Origin: an uncultured Candidatus Saccharibacteria bacterium
GTDB taxonomy: Bacteria; Bacteroidota; Bacteroidia; B-17B0; Aurantibacillaceae
Assembly: GCA_963763345.1 (NCBI GenBank)
Contig: CAVXOV010000014.1
Span: 5,317-69,316 of the forward strand
Direction of reading: 5' to 3'
DNA length: 64,000 nt
Below the pieces are notes generated by a model that saw only the letters and a list, made by a program, of their open reading frames with translations, was not told where the DNA came from and did not search any database. This document shows, piece after piece, positions 42,387 to 52,003 of this stretch (position 1 is the first letter of the stretch; every line of letters begins with the position of its first letter). The translations under genes were made by a program, and so were the position numbers.

Positions 42387-44384
42387 TTAATATGAGTGCA
42401 ATTTACGTAATTTTTCTTTAAATCTTTCCTTCGGTAAAAAATTATATTCCAAATCAGCATTCATAGGCACAGGGGTATCCAAGCTGCCCTCTCGCATCAC
42501 GGGGGCATCTAAATATTCAAAGCAATTTTCGGTAATTAACGAGGCTATTTCCCCTCCTATTCCGCCGGTTAAAGTATCTTCATGCAACACAATAACTCTA
42601 CCTGTTTTTTTAACGGATGCGTAAATCGTTTCCGTATCCAGCGGAGCTAAGGTTCTTAAATCAATCAGGTCAGCTGATATTTCAGTATGCTCTGCCAAGG
42701 CTTCTAATGCCCAATGTACGCCTAAGCCATAACTAACAATGGTTACATCTGTTCCGTCTTTTACTAAACGGGCCTGCCCGAGAGGAATGGTATAATATTC
42801 ATCAGCTATATCTTCAGTAATACTGCGGTATAATCCTTTATGCTCAAAAAACATTACAGGATTAGGGTCTTCAAAGGCAGTAAGTAATAATCCTTTTGCA
42901 TCACCCGGAAAAGCAGGATAGGCTATTTTTAATCCGGGGGTTTTAAAGAACCAGGCTTCATTACTTTGCGAGTGAAATGGTCCTGCAGCTACTCCTGCAC
43001 CTGTTGGCATACGTACTACTACATCGGCACATTGTCCCCAACGGTAATGTGATTTTGCCAGGTGATTTACAATCTGTGTCATGCCTTCACTCACAAAATC
43101 GGCAAACTGCATTTCTACCATGGCTTTCATGCCATTAATAGAAAGCCCGAAACCACTACCCAAAATGGCCGATTCACACAAAGGAGTATTGCGAACTCTG
43201 TCTTTACCAAACTCTTCTACAAAACCATCCGTTATTTTAAACACACCGCCATACTCGGCAATGTCTTGTCCCATTAAAACAAGGTTCTTGTGTTTGCGCA
43301 TTGCTAAACGCAATCCATCAGAAACCGCATCAATCAATCGTTTGGAGGATGTATGTCCTTCAGGTTTTGTTTCATTCAATACAAAAGGCGCATACATTTC
43401 TTTTAACTCCTTAGCCGTATTCACTTCTGGCATAGGTTCTGCAAAAGTTTGCTCCAAACCGGTATCAATCTCATGCTTTATTCCGTTACGGATTTCTTCA
43501 ATCAACTCCTCGGTAAGAACGCCTTCATCTAATAAAAAGTGTTCAAAATTATTTACCGGATCTTTTTTGCCCCATACTTCAAACAATTCCTTTGGAACAT
43601 ATTTAGTTCCCGATGCTTCTTCATGCCCGCGCATACGAAAGGTAATGCATTCTAGTAAAACCGGACGAGGATTCTCTCTAATATCTTCTGCAATCTTCTT
43701 TACCGTTTCATAAACTTTCAGCACATTATTTCCATCTACCTGCACACCTTCTATTCCGTAGCCAATGGCTTTATCAATAAACTGCTTGCATTTAAACTGC
43801 TCATTACTTGGGGTAGATAAGCCATAACCGTTATTCTCCACAATAAATATTACGGGCAAATTCCAAACAGCGGCCACATTAATACTCTCATGAAAATCTC
43901 CTTCCGATGAGCCGCCATCTCCACTAAACACTGCTACTGCTTTCTTATCTTTCCGTAGTTTATTTGCCAGTGCAATACCATCTGCCACACCCATTTGCGG
44001 ACCAAGATGTGATATCATGCCCACAATTTTATACTCTTGTGTACCAAAATGAAAACTCCTGTCGCGCCCGCTGGTAAAACCACTCAACTTACCAGTGAAT
44101 TGAGAAAACAAACGATGCAAAGGAATACCGCGTGTAGTGAACACTCCCAAGTTTCGGTGCATGGGTAAAATATATTCATCCTGTTCAAAAGCAGTTGCTA
44201 CTCCAACTGATATAGCTTCTTGTCCAATACCGCTAAACCATTTGGCAATACGCCCCTGACGGAGAAGTATCAACATCTTCTCTTCTATCAATCGGGGTTT
44301 TAAAATATTCTTATAAAGTGTAAGAAGCGTATCATCTTTATGTTTTTTGCGTTCGTAACGAACAGCCATTTCAGCAGTGATCAT
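42387..44384 (-). CDS. 2-oxoacid (branched-chain) dehydrogenase E1, fused alpha/beta
   Basis: GDGGSSEGDFHE..NN TPP motif, RMRGHEE, NTPLCE, GPFHSQ. Confidence 0.93.
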   Translation of the reverse strand: MITAEMAVRYERKKHKDDTLLTLYKNILKPRLIEEKMLILLRQGRIAKWFSGIGQEAISVGVATAFEQDEYILPMHRNLGVFTTRGIPLHRLFSQFTGKLSGFTSGRDRSFHFGTQEYKIVGMISHLGPQMGVADGIALANKLRKDKKAVAVFSGDGGSSEGDFHESINVAAVWNLPVIFIVENNGYGLSTPSNEQFKCKQFIDKAIGYGIEGVQVDGNNVLKVYETVKKIAEDIRENPRPVLLECITFRMRGHEEASGTKYVPKELFEVWGKKDPVNNFEHFLLDEGVLTEELIEEIRNGIKHEIDTGLEQTFAEPMPEVNTAKELKEMYAPFVLNETKPEGHTSSKRLIDAVSDGLRLAMRKHKNLVLMGQDIAEYGGVFKITDGFVEEFGKDRVRNTPLCESAILGSGFGLSINGMKAMVEMQFADFVSEGMTQIVNHLAKSHYRWGQCADVVVRMPTGAGVAAGPFHSQSNEAWFFKTPGLKIAYPAFPGDAKGLLLTAFEDPNPVMFFEHKGLYRSITEDIADEYYTIPLGQARLVKDGTDVTIVSYGLGVHWALEALAEHTEISADLIDLRTLAPLDTETIYASVKKTGRVIVLHEDTLTGGIGGEIASLITENCFEYLDAPVMREGSLDTPVPMNADLEYNFLPKERFKEKLRKLHSY

Positions 44385-44434
44385 GTGTTTTAAATTATCT
44401 TTGCGAAATTAGACAAATCTTCAATACCATTTAT

Positions 44435-45883
44435 TTGAAAGAGTTTTTAAAAAATATTCCGAATTATAAATACATACACATTATTATTATAGGATTAGCC
44501 CTTTTTATAAGCCTTATTCTTCATTTCCCAATTTTTAATTACGACTTTATAGGTTATCATGTATGGAGGCAAACTCAGACTCAAACGGTTATTGAGAATT
44601 TTTGTACTCAGGATTTTAATATTCTAAATCCCAGACTAAATAACCTAGTATATCCTGGTGGTATCATACGTATGGAGTTTCCTTTATACCAATGGATTAT
44701 TGCCTGTTTCTGTAAATTGTTTGGTCACCATATATTGGTAACACGTATCGTTACTTTTATAATTGGCGCTTTTTCTGTAGTTGGATTTTATCTATTAGTT
44801 AATTCTATTTTTAAGAATAAGTTTTTAGCAGCCTTAGGTGCTTGGATTATTGGTTTCTCCCCTATCTTTTATTATTATACTATCAATCCTTTGCCAGATA
44901 ACTTAGCTCTGTGTTTTGGAATTTATGCGCTTTATTTTTTTAGCACTTATTATTCGGAATTACAGACAAAGCAGCTAATTTTCTTTTCAGTTTTTATTTC
45001 CTTAGCCACATTATGTAAACTTCCTTTTATACTTTTTGCCATACCATTTGCAGTGTATTGGATTAAAAGTAAAGCCAAGGTAAAAGAACTGGCCATTCTT
45101 ATTATCTTTTTATTAACCCCAATTATTTGGTATATCTCTGTAATTGGCTCATGGGAGGGTAATGGTATTGTAAAAGGTGTTTTTGCCAATACGATTACTG
45201 TAATAAAGTATTTAGACTACCTGCAGGGAAATCTTATATCTACTATACCCGAGCTTTATATAAACTATGCAGCATTGTTTCTGTTTATAACAGGAGTCTT
45301 CATTCTTTTTAAAAATAAAACAATCAAAAGAAGTCGTATTGCCAATTGTTTTTTATTTGGATTGGCTAGTGTAGCAGCATACTTCTTATATGAACTAAAT
45401 ATGATAACAACTATACACGATTATTACCTATTTCCATTCCTGCCTTTTCTTTTTTTAATCAGCCTTTATGGCTTTAAAATTTTGACAGAACAGAAAAGAC
45501 AGTATTTAAAAATACTTGCCTTTGTTAGTATATTACTAATGCCTTTAACAGCTTATGTAAGATGCCAAACACGCTGGAATTTAATTGACCCCGGTTTTAA
45601 TCCTGCGTTACTTAATTATAAAAAACAAATACAGGCTTTGATTCCAGAAGGCGCTATTTGCCTTACAGGTAATGACGATTCTCAAATGGTATATCTTTAT
45701 TACTTAAACCGACAAGGCTATACTTTTTACGAAGATCAAATAAATAAAGAAATACTAAATCAATATAAAGAAAAAGGTGTTACTTATTTAATTAGCGATG
45801 CTAAATTAAACGAAGAAACAACAAACTTCTTACCTGCTCCTTTAGCTGTTTATAACGACTTGAAAATATACAAGCTTAAGTAA
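44435..45883 (+). CDS. GT-C (ArnT/PMT-like) glycosyltransferase
   Basis: HVWRQTQT, MEFPLYQW, HDYY; multi-TM. Confidence 0.78.
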   Translation: MKEFLKNIPNYKYIHIIIIGLALFISLILHFPIFNYDFIGYHVWRQTQTQTVIENFCTQDFNILNPRLNNLVYPGGIIRMEFPLYQWIIACFCKLFGHHILVTRIVTFIIGAFSVVGFYLLVNSIFKNKFLAALGAWIIGFSPIFYYYTINPLPDNLALCFGIYALYFFSTYYSELQTKQLIFFSVFISLATLCKLPFILFAIPFAVYWIKSKAKVKELAILIIFLLTPIIWYISVIGSWEGNGIVKGVFANTITVIKYLDYLQGNLISTIPELYINYAALFLFITGVFILFKNKTIKRSRIANCFLFGLASVAAYFLYELNMITTIHDYYLFPFLPFLFLISLYGFKILTEQKRQYLKILAFVSILLMPLTAYVRCQTRWNLIDPGFNPALLNYKKQIQALIPEGAICLTGNDDSQMVYLYYLNRQGYTFYEDQINKEILNQYKEKGVTYLISDAKLNEETTNFLPAPLAVYNDLKIYKLK

Positions 45884-45884
45884 T

Positions 45885-46820
45885 TTATTTCATCTTTTCT
45901 AAAACCCAATTACTTAGTATAGTGGCCCCCTTATTATTTAGATGAGCTTCATCCTGCCAGTTTTTGTAATTGGTTAAAAGACTATCGGGTGGGATTAAGG
46001 ATTGAAAATAGAGTTTATAAAAGGCAGAGTCCAAAGAGTTCTTTACATCATTTCCGTAGGCAGGCAGGTAAATAAAATAAATATTGCAATTATTCTTTAA
46101 AGCCAGTTCTTTTATCTGATTGAAATAATAACTGGAAAAAGAAAGTTCCATTTTTCTTGCTAAGGTATTAGCCTTATAGTTTCTTAAATCTTTTAGCTTT
46201 TCTTCCTTTTGATTTTGCAGATACGTAGAGTCTGCCCTACCATTGCTGGAAATATAACCACATGCTCTATTATTAGAATAAGGCATTAAAGGGGTAATAT
46301 TCCAAAAAAACTCCCTGCGCAAATAAGCCAGATGAAGCAAAAAAGCATCGTATCTGTTTTTAATAAAATCCTGATTATAAATAAATGAAGGGAAATAAAT
46401 ACCTGAAGGTTCTGCAAGAAAGGGATAATCAGGGTGGCTGTATGAGGACTCTGTTTCTGTTATTTCAAAAAAGGCAGTTTTAATTTTCTTGTGCTCCAAT
46501 AGTTTTTTAAAGAGTATATATTGTAAATCTCTTCCAAAGCGACAATAACCGAAATTGGCAGTATGTAATTTTTTATCTGAGGCATTTAAAACAGAATCAT
46601 TAATAGCTCGAAGGGTATGTGATGAACCAAAGAAAGCTATGTCTACCCTTTGTGTATCTACACATATTTTTTTATACAACCATAAAGATTGGTTTGAGCA
46701 ATCATTTTTAACATAAGAGAATAGAAATTCATCTGAAGGAGAAATAGCACAAATGGAAACTATCAAAACAAGTATGGGTGTACTTAATACTAAAAGATAT
46801 TTTAAAACCTTTTTACTCAT
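45885..46820 (-). CDS. SGNH-like periplasmic partner of MBOAT (DltD/AlgJ-like)
   Basis: N-terminal TM, FFGSSH, DEAHLN; directly downstream of the MBOAT gene. Confidence 0.7.
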   Translation of the reverse strand: MSKKVLKYLLVLSTPILVLIVSICAISPSDEFLFSYVKNDCSNQSLWLYKKICVDTQRVDIAFFGSSHTLRAINDSVLNASDKKLHTANFGYCRFGRDLQYILFKKLLEHKKIKTAFFEITETESSYSHPDYPFLAEPSGIYFPSFIYNQDFIKNRYDAFLLHLAYLRREFFWNITPLMPYSNNRACGYISSNGRADSTYLQNQKEEKLKDLRNYKANTLARKMELSFSSYYFNQIKELALKNNCNIYFIYLPAYGNDVKNSLDSAFYKLYFQSLIPPDSLLTNYKNWQDEAHLNNKGATILSNWVLEKMK

Positions 46821-48250
46821 TTAGAATTGAAAATAAATAAAATTAGGCGCATTATTAAAGACCCCGAACAGAAGGATGCCTACAACCAATAAATAGGATA
46901 TTACTAATCGTTGTGACTTAGTTTTAAAAGGAAATACACTTGTATTAGTATTAATAGCAGACCTAATTTCTATAGTGATAAATATAAGTAAAGGCAACAA
47001 AAACCATATACCATAACCTGTATTAGCATAAGTCAATTTGAAATTTTCATAGAACGCATACTGTGTTGTTTTAGCAAATATTTGTTTAATAAAAAACACA
47101 GCGTCATGAAGGGATGCCGCTCTAAAGAATATCCAGGGCAAAACATACCAAAGCAAAAACAAGAAGGTACTTAAGTAATCTTGGCAAGGTTATCTTTAGA
47201 TTTCTCTCTAATATCTTTTCAATGCTTATATACGCCCCATGAAGTGCTCCCCATATTAAGAACGTAAAGTTTGCTCCATGCCATAAGCCTGATAAAATAA
47301 ACGTCAGATTAAGGTTAATGATTTCTCTTATTTTGCCTTTCCTGTTCCCGCCCAAAGGAATGTACACATAATCTCTAAACCAGGATGAGAGCGATATGTG
47401 CCAGCGTTTCCAAAAATCAGTAAAGCTGCTTGCAAAGTAAGGAAGGTTAAAATTCTGCATTAACTCAAACCCAAGTAAACGTGCTGCTCCTCTTGCTATA
47501 TCAGTATACCCGGAGAAATCGCAATAAATCTGAATCGTAAAGAATAATGCTGCTATTATGCAACTTATGCCGGAATAATTAACGGTATGATTAAACACTT
47601 CATCTACATAAATGGCTAGATTATCAGCAATGACAGTCTTTTTAAATAAGCCCCAAAGTATTAACTGCAAACCTATTTTGATTCCCTCTCCTGTTATTTT
47701 CTTTAAGGTGTCAAACTGCGGGAACATGTGTTGTGCTCTTTCTATTGGACCTGCAACCAGTTGCGGAAAGAAACTTATAAATGCAAGATATTTGGCAACA
47801 TCCCTGCAAGGCTCTACTTTTTTGCGATACACATCTATAGTATAACTCATTGCCTGAAAGGTATAGAAGCTTATACCCACAGGTAGCACTAATTGAAGTG
47901 TACTTAGTGATGCTTTGAAGCCAAGATGCTCTACAAGTAACCCAAATGAGCTTATAAAGAAATTGAAGTATTTAAAGAAACCTAATACTGCAAGGTTTGT
48001 ACAAATAGAAACCAGTAAAAACGCTTTCCCTTTATCTCTATGCTTGGCTATTAATAAAGCAATAAAAAAATCGGTTAAGGAAGTAAACATCCATAAGCCC
48101 ACAAAACGCCAATCCCACCAGGGCATAAAAGAAGAGGCTGGCACTAATAATAAAGATATTCCTTACAAGAAGATTCTTATTAAAGAACTTCCAATAGAGA
48201 AACAGTACAATGAAAAAGAAAAGAAAAAATACGGCTGAATTAAATACCAT
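46821..48250 (-). CDS. MBOAT O-acyltransferase (AlgI/DltB-like), two frameshifts
   Basis: MVFNS..F, LPVGISFYTFQ, FPQLVAGPIER, DFSGYTD, FWKRWHISL, GLWHGA, FIYFQF. Confidence 0.9.
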
Positions 48251-48283
48251 TTGGCTAAACTATGGTTTTAATTACATCATGGC

Positions 48284-50326
48284 TTACTTTACAATACTCC
48301 CGTTATTCACATCTGCTTTTACAGGAGATACCAAACTCAATTCTCCTTTAGCATTTTCTGCCATCAGTATCATACCCTGACTTTCAATTCCCTTTATTTT
48401 GCGGGGAGCAAGGTTTACTAAGATGCTTACCTGTTTGTTCAGCATTTCTTCAGGAGTATAATATAAGGCAATACCACTTACAACAGTTCGCACATCAATG
48501 CCAGTATCTATCTTTAGTTTTAAAAGTTTATCGGCACCTTTAACTTTTTCGGCTTCCAACACAGTACCTATGCGTATATCCATTTTACCGAAATCATCAA
48601 AGGTAATTTCAGGTTTTTGTGCTTCTACCATCTTTACACTACTTTGTTTATTCGCTTCTTTAGAATCGTGAAGCTTTTTAACCTGCGCTTCAATCTCGGC
48701 ATCTTCTACTTTTGAGAATAGCAGTTCTTCTTTATTTATTTTATGCCCGGGGTGCATGTTGCTGGTTTGTTTTGCACCATTCCATTTTATTGGATTAATA
48801 TTTAGAATAGCAAACAGTTTATTGGATGTAAACGGTAAAAAGGGTTCGCACACTATAGCAAGGTTACAAGTAATTTGCAGCGAGATGTTCATAATCGTTT
48901 TCACACGCTTCTCATCTGTTTTAACCAATTTCCAGGGTTCGGTGTCGGCAAGGTATTTGTTGCCTATACGTGCCAGGTTCATTAGCTCTCCCAAAGCTTC
49001 ACGAAAGCGGAATTGCTCTATCGATGCCGCAATCTTATCGGGGGCTTTAGTTATTTCTTCCAGTATCAGCAGGTCTTCCTTACTATATTCAACCGCATCG
49101 GGTACATGCCCGTCATAATACTTATGCGTAAGAACCAAGGTACGGTTCACGAAATTGCCCAGTATGGCAACCAACTCATTATTATTCTTTGCCTGAAAGT
49201 CTTTCCAGGTAAAATCATTGTCTTTGGTTTCGGGGGCATTGGCACAAAGGGTATAGCGCAACACATCCTGCTTGTCCTTAAATTCCAGCAAATACTCATG
49301 CAACCACACCGCCCAGTTACGTGAGGTTGAAATCTTATCTCCTTCTAAATTCAGAAACTCGTTAGCAGGCACATTATCGGGCAATATAAACTCGCCATGC
49401 TCCATTAACACAGCTGGGAAGATGATGCAATGAAACACAATATTATCTTTCCCTATAAAATGTATTAAACGACTCTCTTTATCTTTCCAATATTTCTCCC
49501 ACTCGTTAGGGATTAAATCTTTGGTAGCCGATATATACCCAATAGGCGCATCAAACCAAACGTACAGCACTTTACCTTCGGCATCTTTTACCGGAACGGG
49601 CACGCCCCAATCCAAATCGCGGGTCATGGCGCGGGGTTGCAAACCATCTCCGCTATCTAACCAGCTTTTGCATTGTCCATATACATTGGGTTTCCAATCT
49701 TTATGCTGCTCTATGTAAGCTTTTATTTTAGGAGAAAGTTTATCCAAGGGCAAAAACCAATTCTTGGTTTGCTTCAACACAGGCTTTGAACCCGATAACA
49801 TAGAATGCGGGTTAATCAACTCGGTTGGAGATAACGATGTGCCACATTTCTCGCACTGGTCGCCATAGGCATTTTCGTTTCCGCATTTCGGACAAGTGCC
49901 TACAATATACCTGTCGGCAAGAAATTGCTTAGCCTCTTCATCATAATATTGGTCGGTTACCTGCTCGGTAAAAACACCTTTATCATATAGTTTTTTAAAA
50001 ATATCAGAAGCAGTTTGGTGGTGCGTTTTGCTTGACGTACGCGAGTATATATCAAAAGAAATACCGAACTCCTTAAACGCATCGCCCATTATTTTGTGGT
50101 ACTTATCTACCACCTGTTGGGGGGTAATGCCCTCGTTCTTAGCCTTAATGGTAATGGGTACGCCATGCTCATCGCTGCCGCAAATAAACTTCACATCCTT
50201 GCCGCTGCTGCGCAGGTAGCGCACGTATATATCGGCCGGAAGGTAACAGCCCGCCAAATGCCCAATATGCACAGGCCCGTTGGCATAAGGCAGTGCGGCG
50301 GTAACTAAAGTTCTTTTAAAGCTCAT
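48284..50326 (-). CDS. metG: Methionine--tRNA ligase
   Basis: [19 protein letters not shown]-terminal tRNA-binding domain. Confidence 0.97.
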   Translation of the reverse strand: MSFKRTLVTAALPYANGPVHIGHLAGCYLPADIYVRYLRSSGKDVKFICGSDEHGVPITIKAKNEGITPQQVVDKYHKIMGDAFKEFGISFDIYSRTSSKTHHQTASDIFKKLYDKGVFTEQVTDQYYDEEAKQFLADRYIVGTCPKCGNENAYGDQCEKCGTSLSPTELINPHSMLSGSKPVLKQTKNWFLPLDKLSPKIKAYIEQHKDWKPNVYGQCKSWLDSGDGLQPRAMTRDLDWGVPVPVKDAEGKVLYVWFDAPIGYISATKDLIPNEWEKYWKDKESRLIHFIGKDNIVFHCIIFPAVLMEHGEFILPDNVPANEFLNLEGDKISTSRNWAVWLHEYLLEFKDKQDVLRYTLCANAPETKDNDFTWKDFQAKNNNELVAILGNFVNRTLVLTHKYYDGHVPDAVEYSKEDLLILEEITKAPDKIAASIEQFRFREALGELMNLARIGNKYLADTEPWKLVKTDEKRVKTIMNISLQITCNLAIVCEPFLPFTSNKLFAILNINPIKWNGAKQTSNMHPGHKINKEELLFSKVEDAEIEAQVKKLHDSKEANKQSSVKMVEAQKPEITFDDFGKMDIRIGTVLEAEKVKGADKLLKLKIDTGIDVRTVVSGIALYYTPEEMLNKQVSILVNLAPRKIKGIESQGMILMAENAKGELSLVSPVKADVNNGSIVK

Positions 50327-50599
50327 AAAGCGGCAAAGTTATTAGTTATTAGTTAATAATGTGCAGCTAATCGCACCTTTGAAGGGTAACTATATACCAT
50401 TTTACCTGTAGAAACTAAATAATAACCTATTGGACTACGAGGAATGAACGGTTATTTATGACTCTCAGAAGTCCACAATCTAAGAGACTAAGTGTCGTGT
50501 TATTGAAACGCCAAACATCTACTACTTTTAGAGTAAGGTAGTTATAATCTACATAAAATATACTACAGTAAGTCTTATAAGACTCCAAACAAAACATGT

Positions 50600-50652
50600 A
50601 TATTATAACTAATATATTTAGTTATAATATGCTAAATATTTTAGTAATTTAG
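50600..50652 (+). promoter_or_regulatory. Two CTAA-N5-TTAG palindromic operators (putative Bacteroidota SOS boxes)
   Basis: ctaa-tatat-ttag (50609-50621) and ctaa-atatt-ttag (50632-50644), upstream of a repair radical SAM gene. Confidence 0.65.
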
Positions 50653-50663
50653 CAAAAAAACTA

Positions 50664-51743
50664 ATGACAGATGTGGATGATAAATACCTGAAAGGCAGAG
50701 GGGCACAAATAAACACGCATAACCGTTTCGAGAAGCAGGTGCTGGGAGCTTTTCATATAGAAGGCTTGGATGAAGAAGCAGGTTTTGAAAGCAAAACGCA
50801 ATACATACCTACTTTCCCAAAAACGTTTATTAATAAAGTTATTAGTCCTGATGTTGGCAGTACTTATTCTATGAACCCCTATCAGGGTTGTGAACATGGT
50901 TGTTTATATTGTTATGCTCGCCCAACACATGAATACTGGGGGTATAGTGCCGGACTGGATTTTGAACAGAAAATATTGGTAAAACAAAACATTAACCAAG
51001 CTCTGGAAAAGCAATTCAATAAAAAGGGTTGGGAGGTTTTGCCTATTATGCTTTCGGGTAATACCGACTGTTACCAGCCAGCAGAAAAGAAACTAAAGCT
51101 TACACGCGGTATATTAGAAACGGTGCTTAAATACAAGCATCCGGTAAGTATGATTACTAAAAACAGTTTGATTATTCGCGACATTAATTTACTACAGGAG
51201 CTTGCCAAACACAACTTAGTACATGTAATGATTACCATAACCAGTACGGATGAAAAGGTGCGTTTGCAATTAGAACCCCGTACTACCACCTATAAACAAA
51301 GGTTTAAGGCGGTAGAGACTTTAAGTAAGGCAGGCATACCGGTTGGGGTAATGGTGGCACCCATTATACCGGCTATTACCTCGTTTGATGTGCCCAATGT
51401 AATTAAAACAGCTGCCGAGTATGGGGCAAAAACAGCTGGATATACCATTGTACGTCTCAATGGGGCTATTGGGGATGTGTTTAAAGACTGGCTGGAAAAG
51501 AATTACCCTGACAGAGCACAAAAGGTTTGGAACCAAATAAAAGATTGTCATGGTGGGCAGGTAAATGACTCTCGCTACGGAACCCGTATGCGTGGCGAAG
51601 GAAACATTGCCGAGAGCATACGCACCTTGTTTTACATATCAGTTAAGAAATTTATGGGAGAGCGAGAACACTTTGTCTTTAACACAAAAGCTTTTACAAA
51701 CAGGCATAATGCCCAAACAAGTTTGTTTGATGATATGTTTTAA
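50664..51743 (+). CDS. PA0069/Rv2578c family radical SAM protein (SplB-like DNA repair)
   Basis: GRGA, NPYQGCEHGCLYCYARP, NTDCYQP. Confidence 0.92.
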   Translation: MTDVDDKYLKGRGAQINTHNRFEKQVLGAFHIEGLDEEAGFESKTQYIPTFPKTFINKVISPDVGSTYSMNPYQGCEHGCLYCYARPTHEYWGYSAGLDFEQKILVKQNINQALEKQFNKKGWEVLPIMLSGNTDCYQPAEKKLKLTRGILETVLKYKHPVSMITKNSLIIRDINLLQELAKHNLVHVMITITSTDEKVRLQLEPRTTTYKQRFKAVETLSKAGIPVGVMVAPIIPAITSFDVPNVIKTAAEYGAKTAGYTIVRLNGAIGDVFKDWLEKNYPDRAQKVWNQIKDCHGGQVNDSRYGTRMRGEGNIAESIRTLFYISVKKFMGEREHFVFNTKAFTNRHNAQTSLFDDMF

Positions 51744-51794
51744 AAATTCTTAGTTGATAGATACTACTACACTTAGTATTTAAAAACAAATTTA

Positions 51795-51802
51795 TATCTT
51801 TG
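51795..51802 (+). promoter_or_regulatory. Bacteroidota sigma-70 -7 box (TATCTTTG) for the riboswitch-metH transcript
   Basis: TAnnTTTG consensus 19 nt before the riboswitch. Confidence 0.65.
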
Positions 51803-51820
51803 CATCAGTTCTTTTTCAAA

Positions 51821-51935
51821 CTTATCAAGAAAGGCTGAGGGATACGCCCGATGAAGCCTTGGCAACCAACTAAAAGGGATAACATCCTTGGAAAACCGGT
51901 GCCAACTCGTTTTGCTGTAAAGCAGAAAAGATAAG
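51821..51935 (+). ncRNA. SAM-I (S-box) riboswitch
   Basis: cttatcaaga..gctgaggga..gcccgatgaagcc..gcaacc...ggtgccaa...gataag; P1 cttatc/gataag; upstream of metH. Confidence 0.93.
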
Positions 51936-51962
51936 TCGGATTGATTATGACGCGAAATTCAT

Positions 51963-52003
51963 AAAATCTCTTCCGACATTGTTTGGAAGAGATTTTTTAT
52001 TTT
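51963..52003 (+). terminator. Riboswitch expression-platform terminator
   Basis: aaaatctcttcc-gacattgttt-ggaagagatttt-ttatttt; gtcgga after P1 can pair with tccgac (antiterminator). Confidence 0.8.

Noticed and set aside
50350-50600. Possible ncRNA or T-box upstream of metG
   Set aside because: The metG -7 box is adjacent to its ATG, leaving no leader; no recognisable structure, and it may be a decayed gene remnant.
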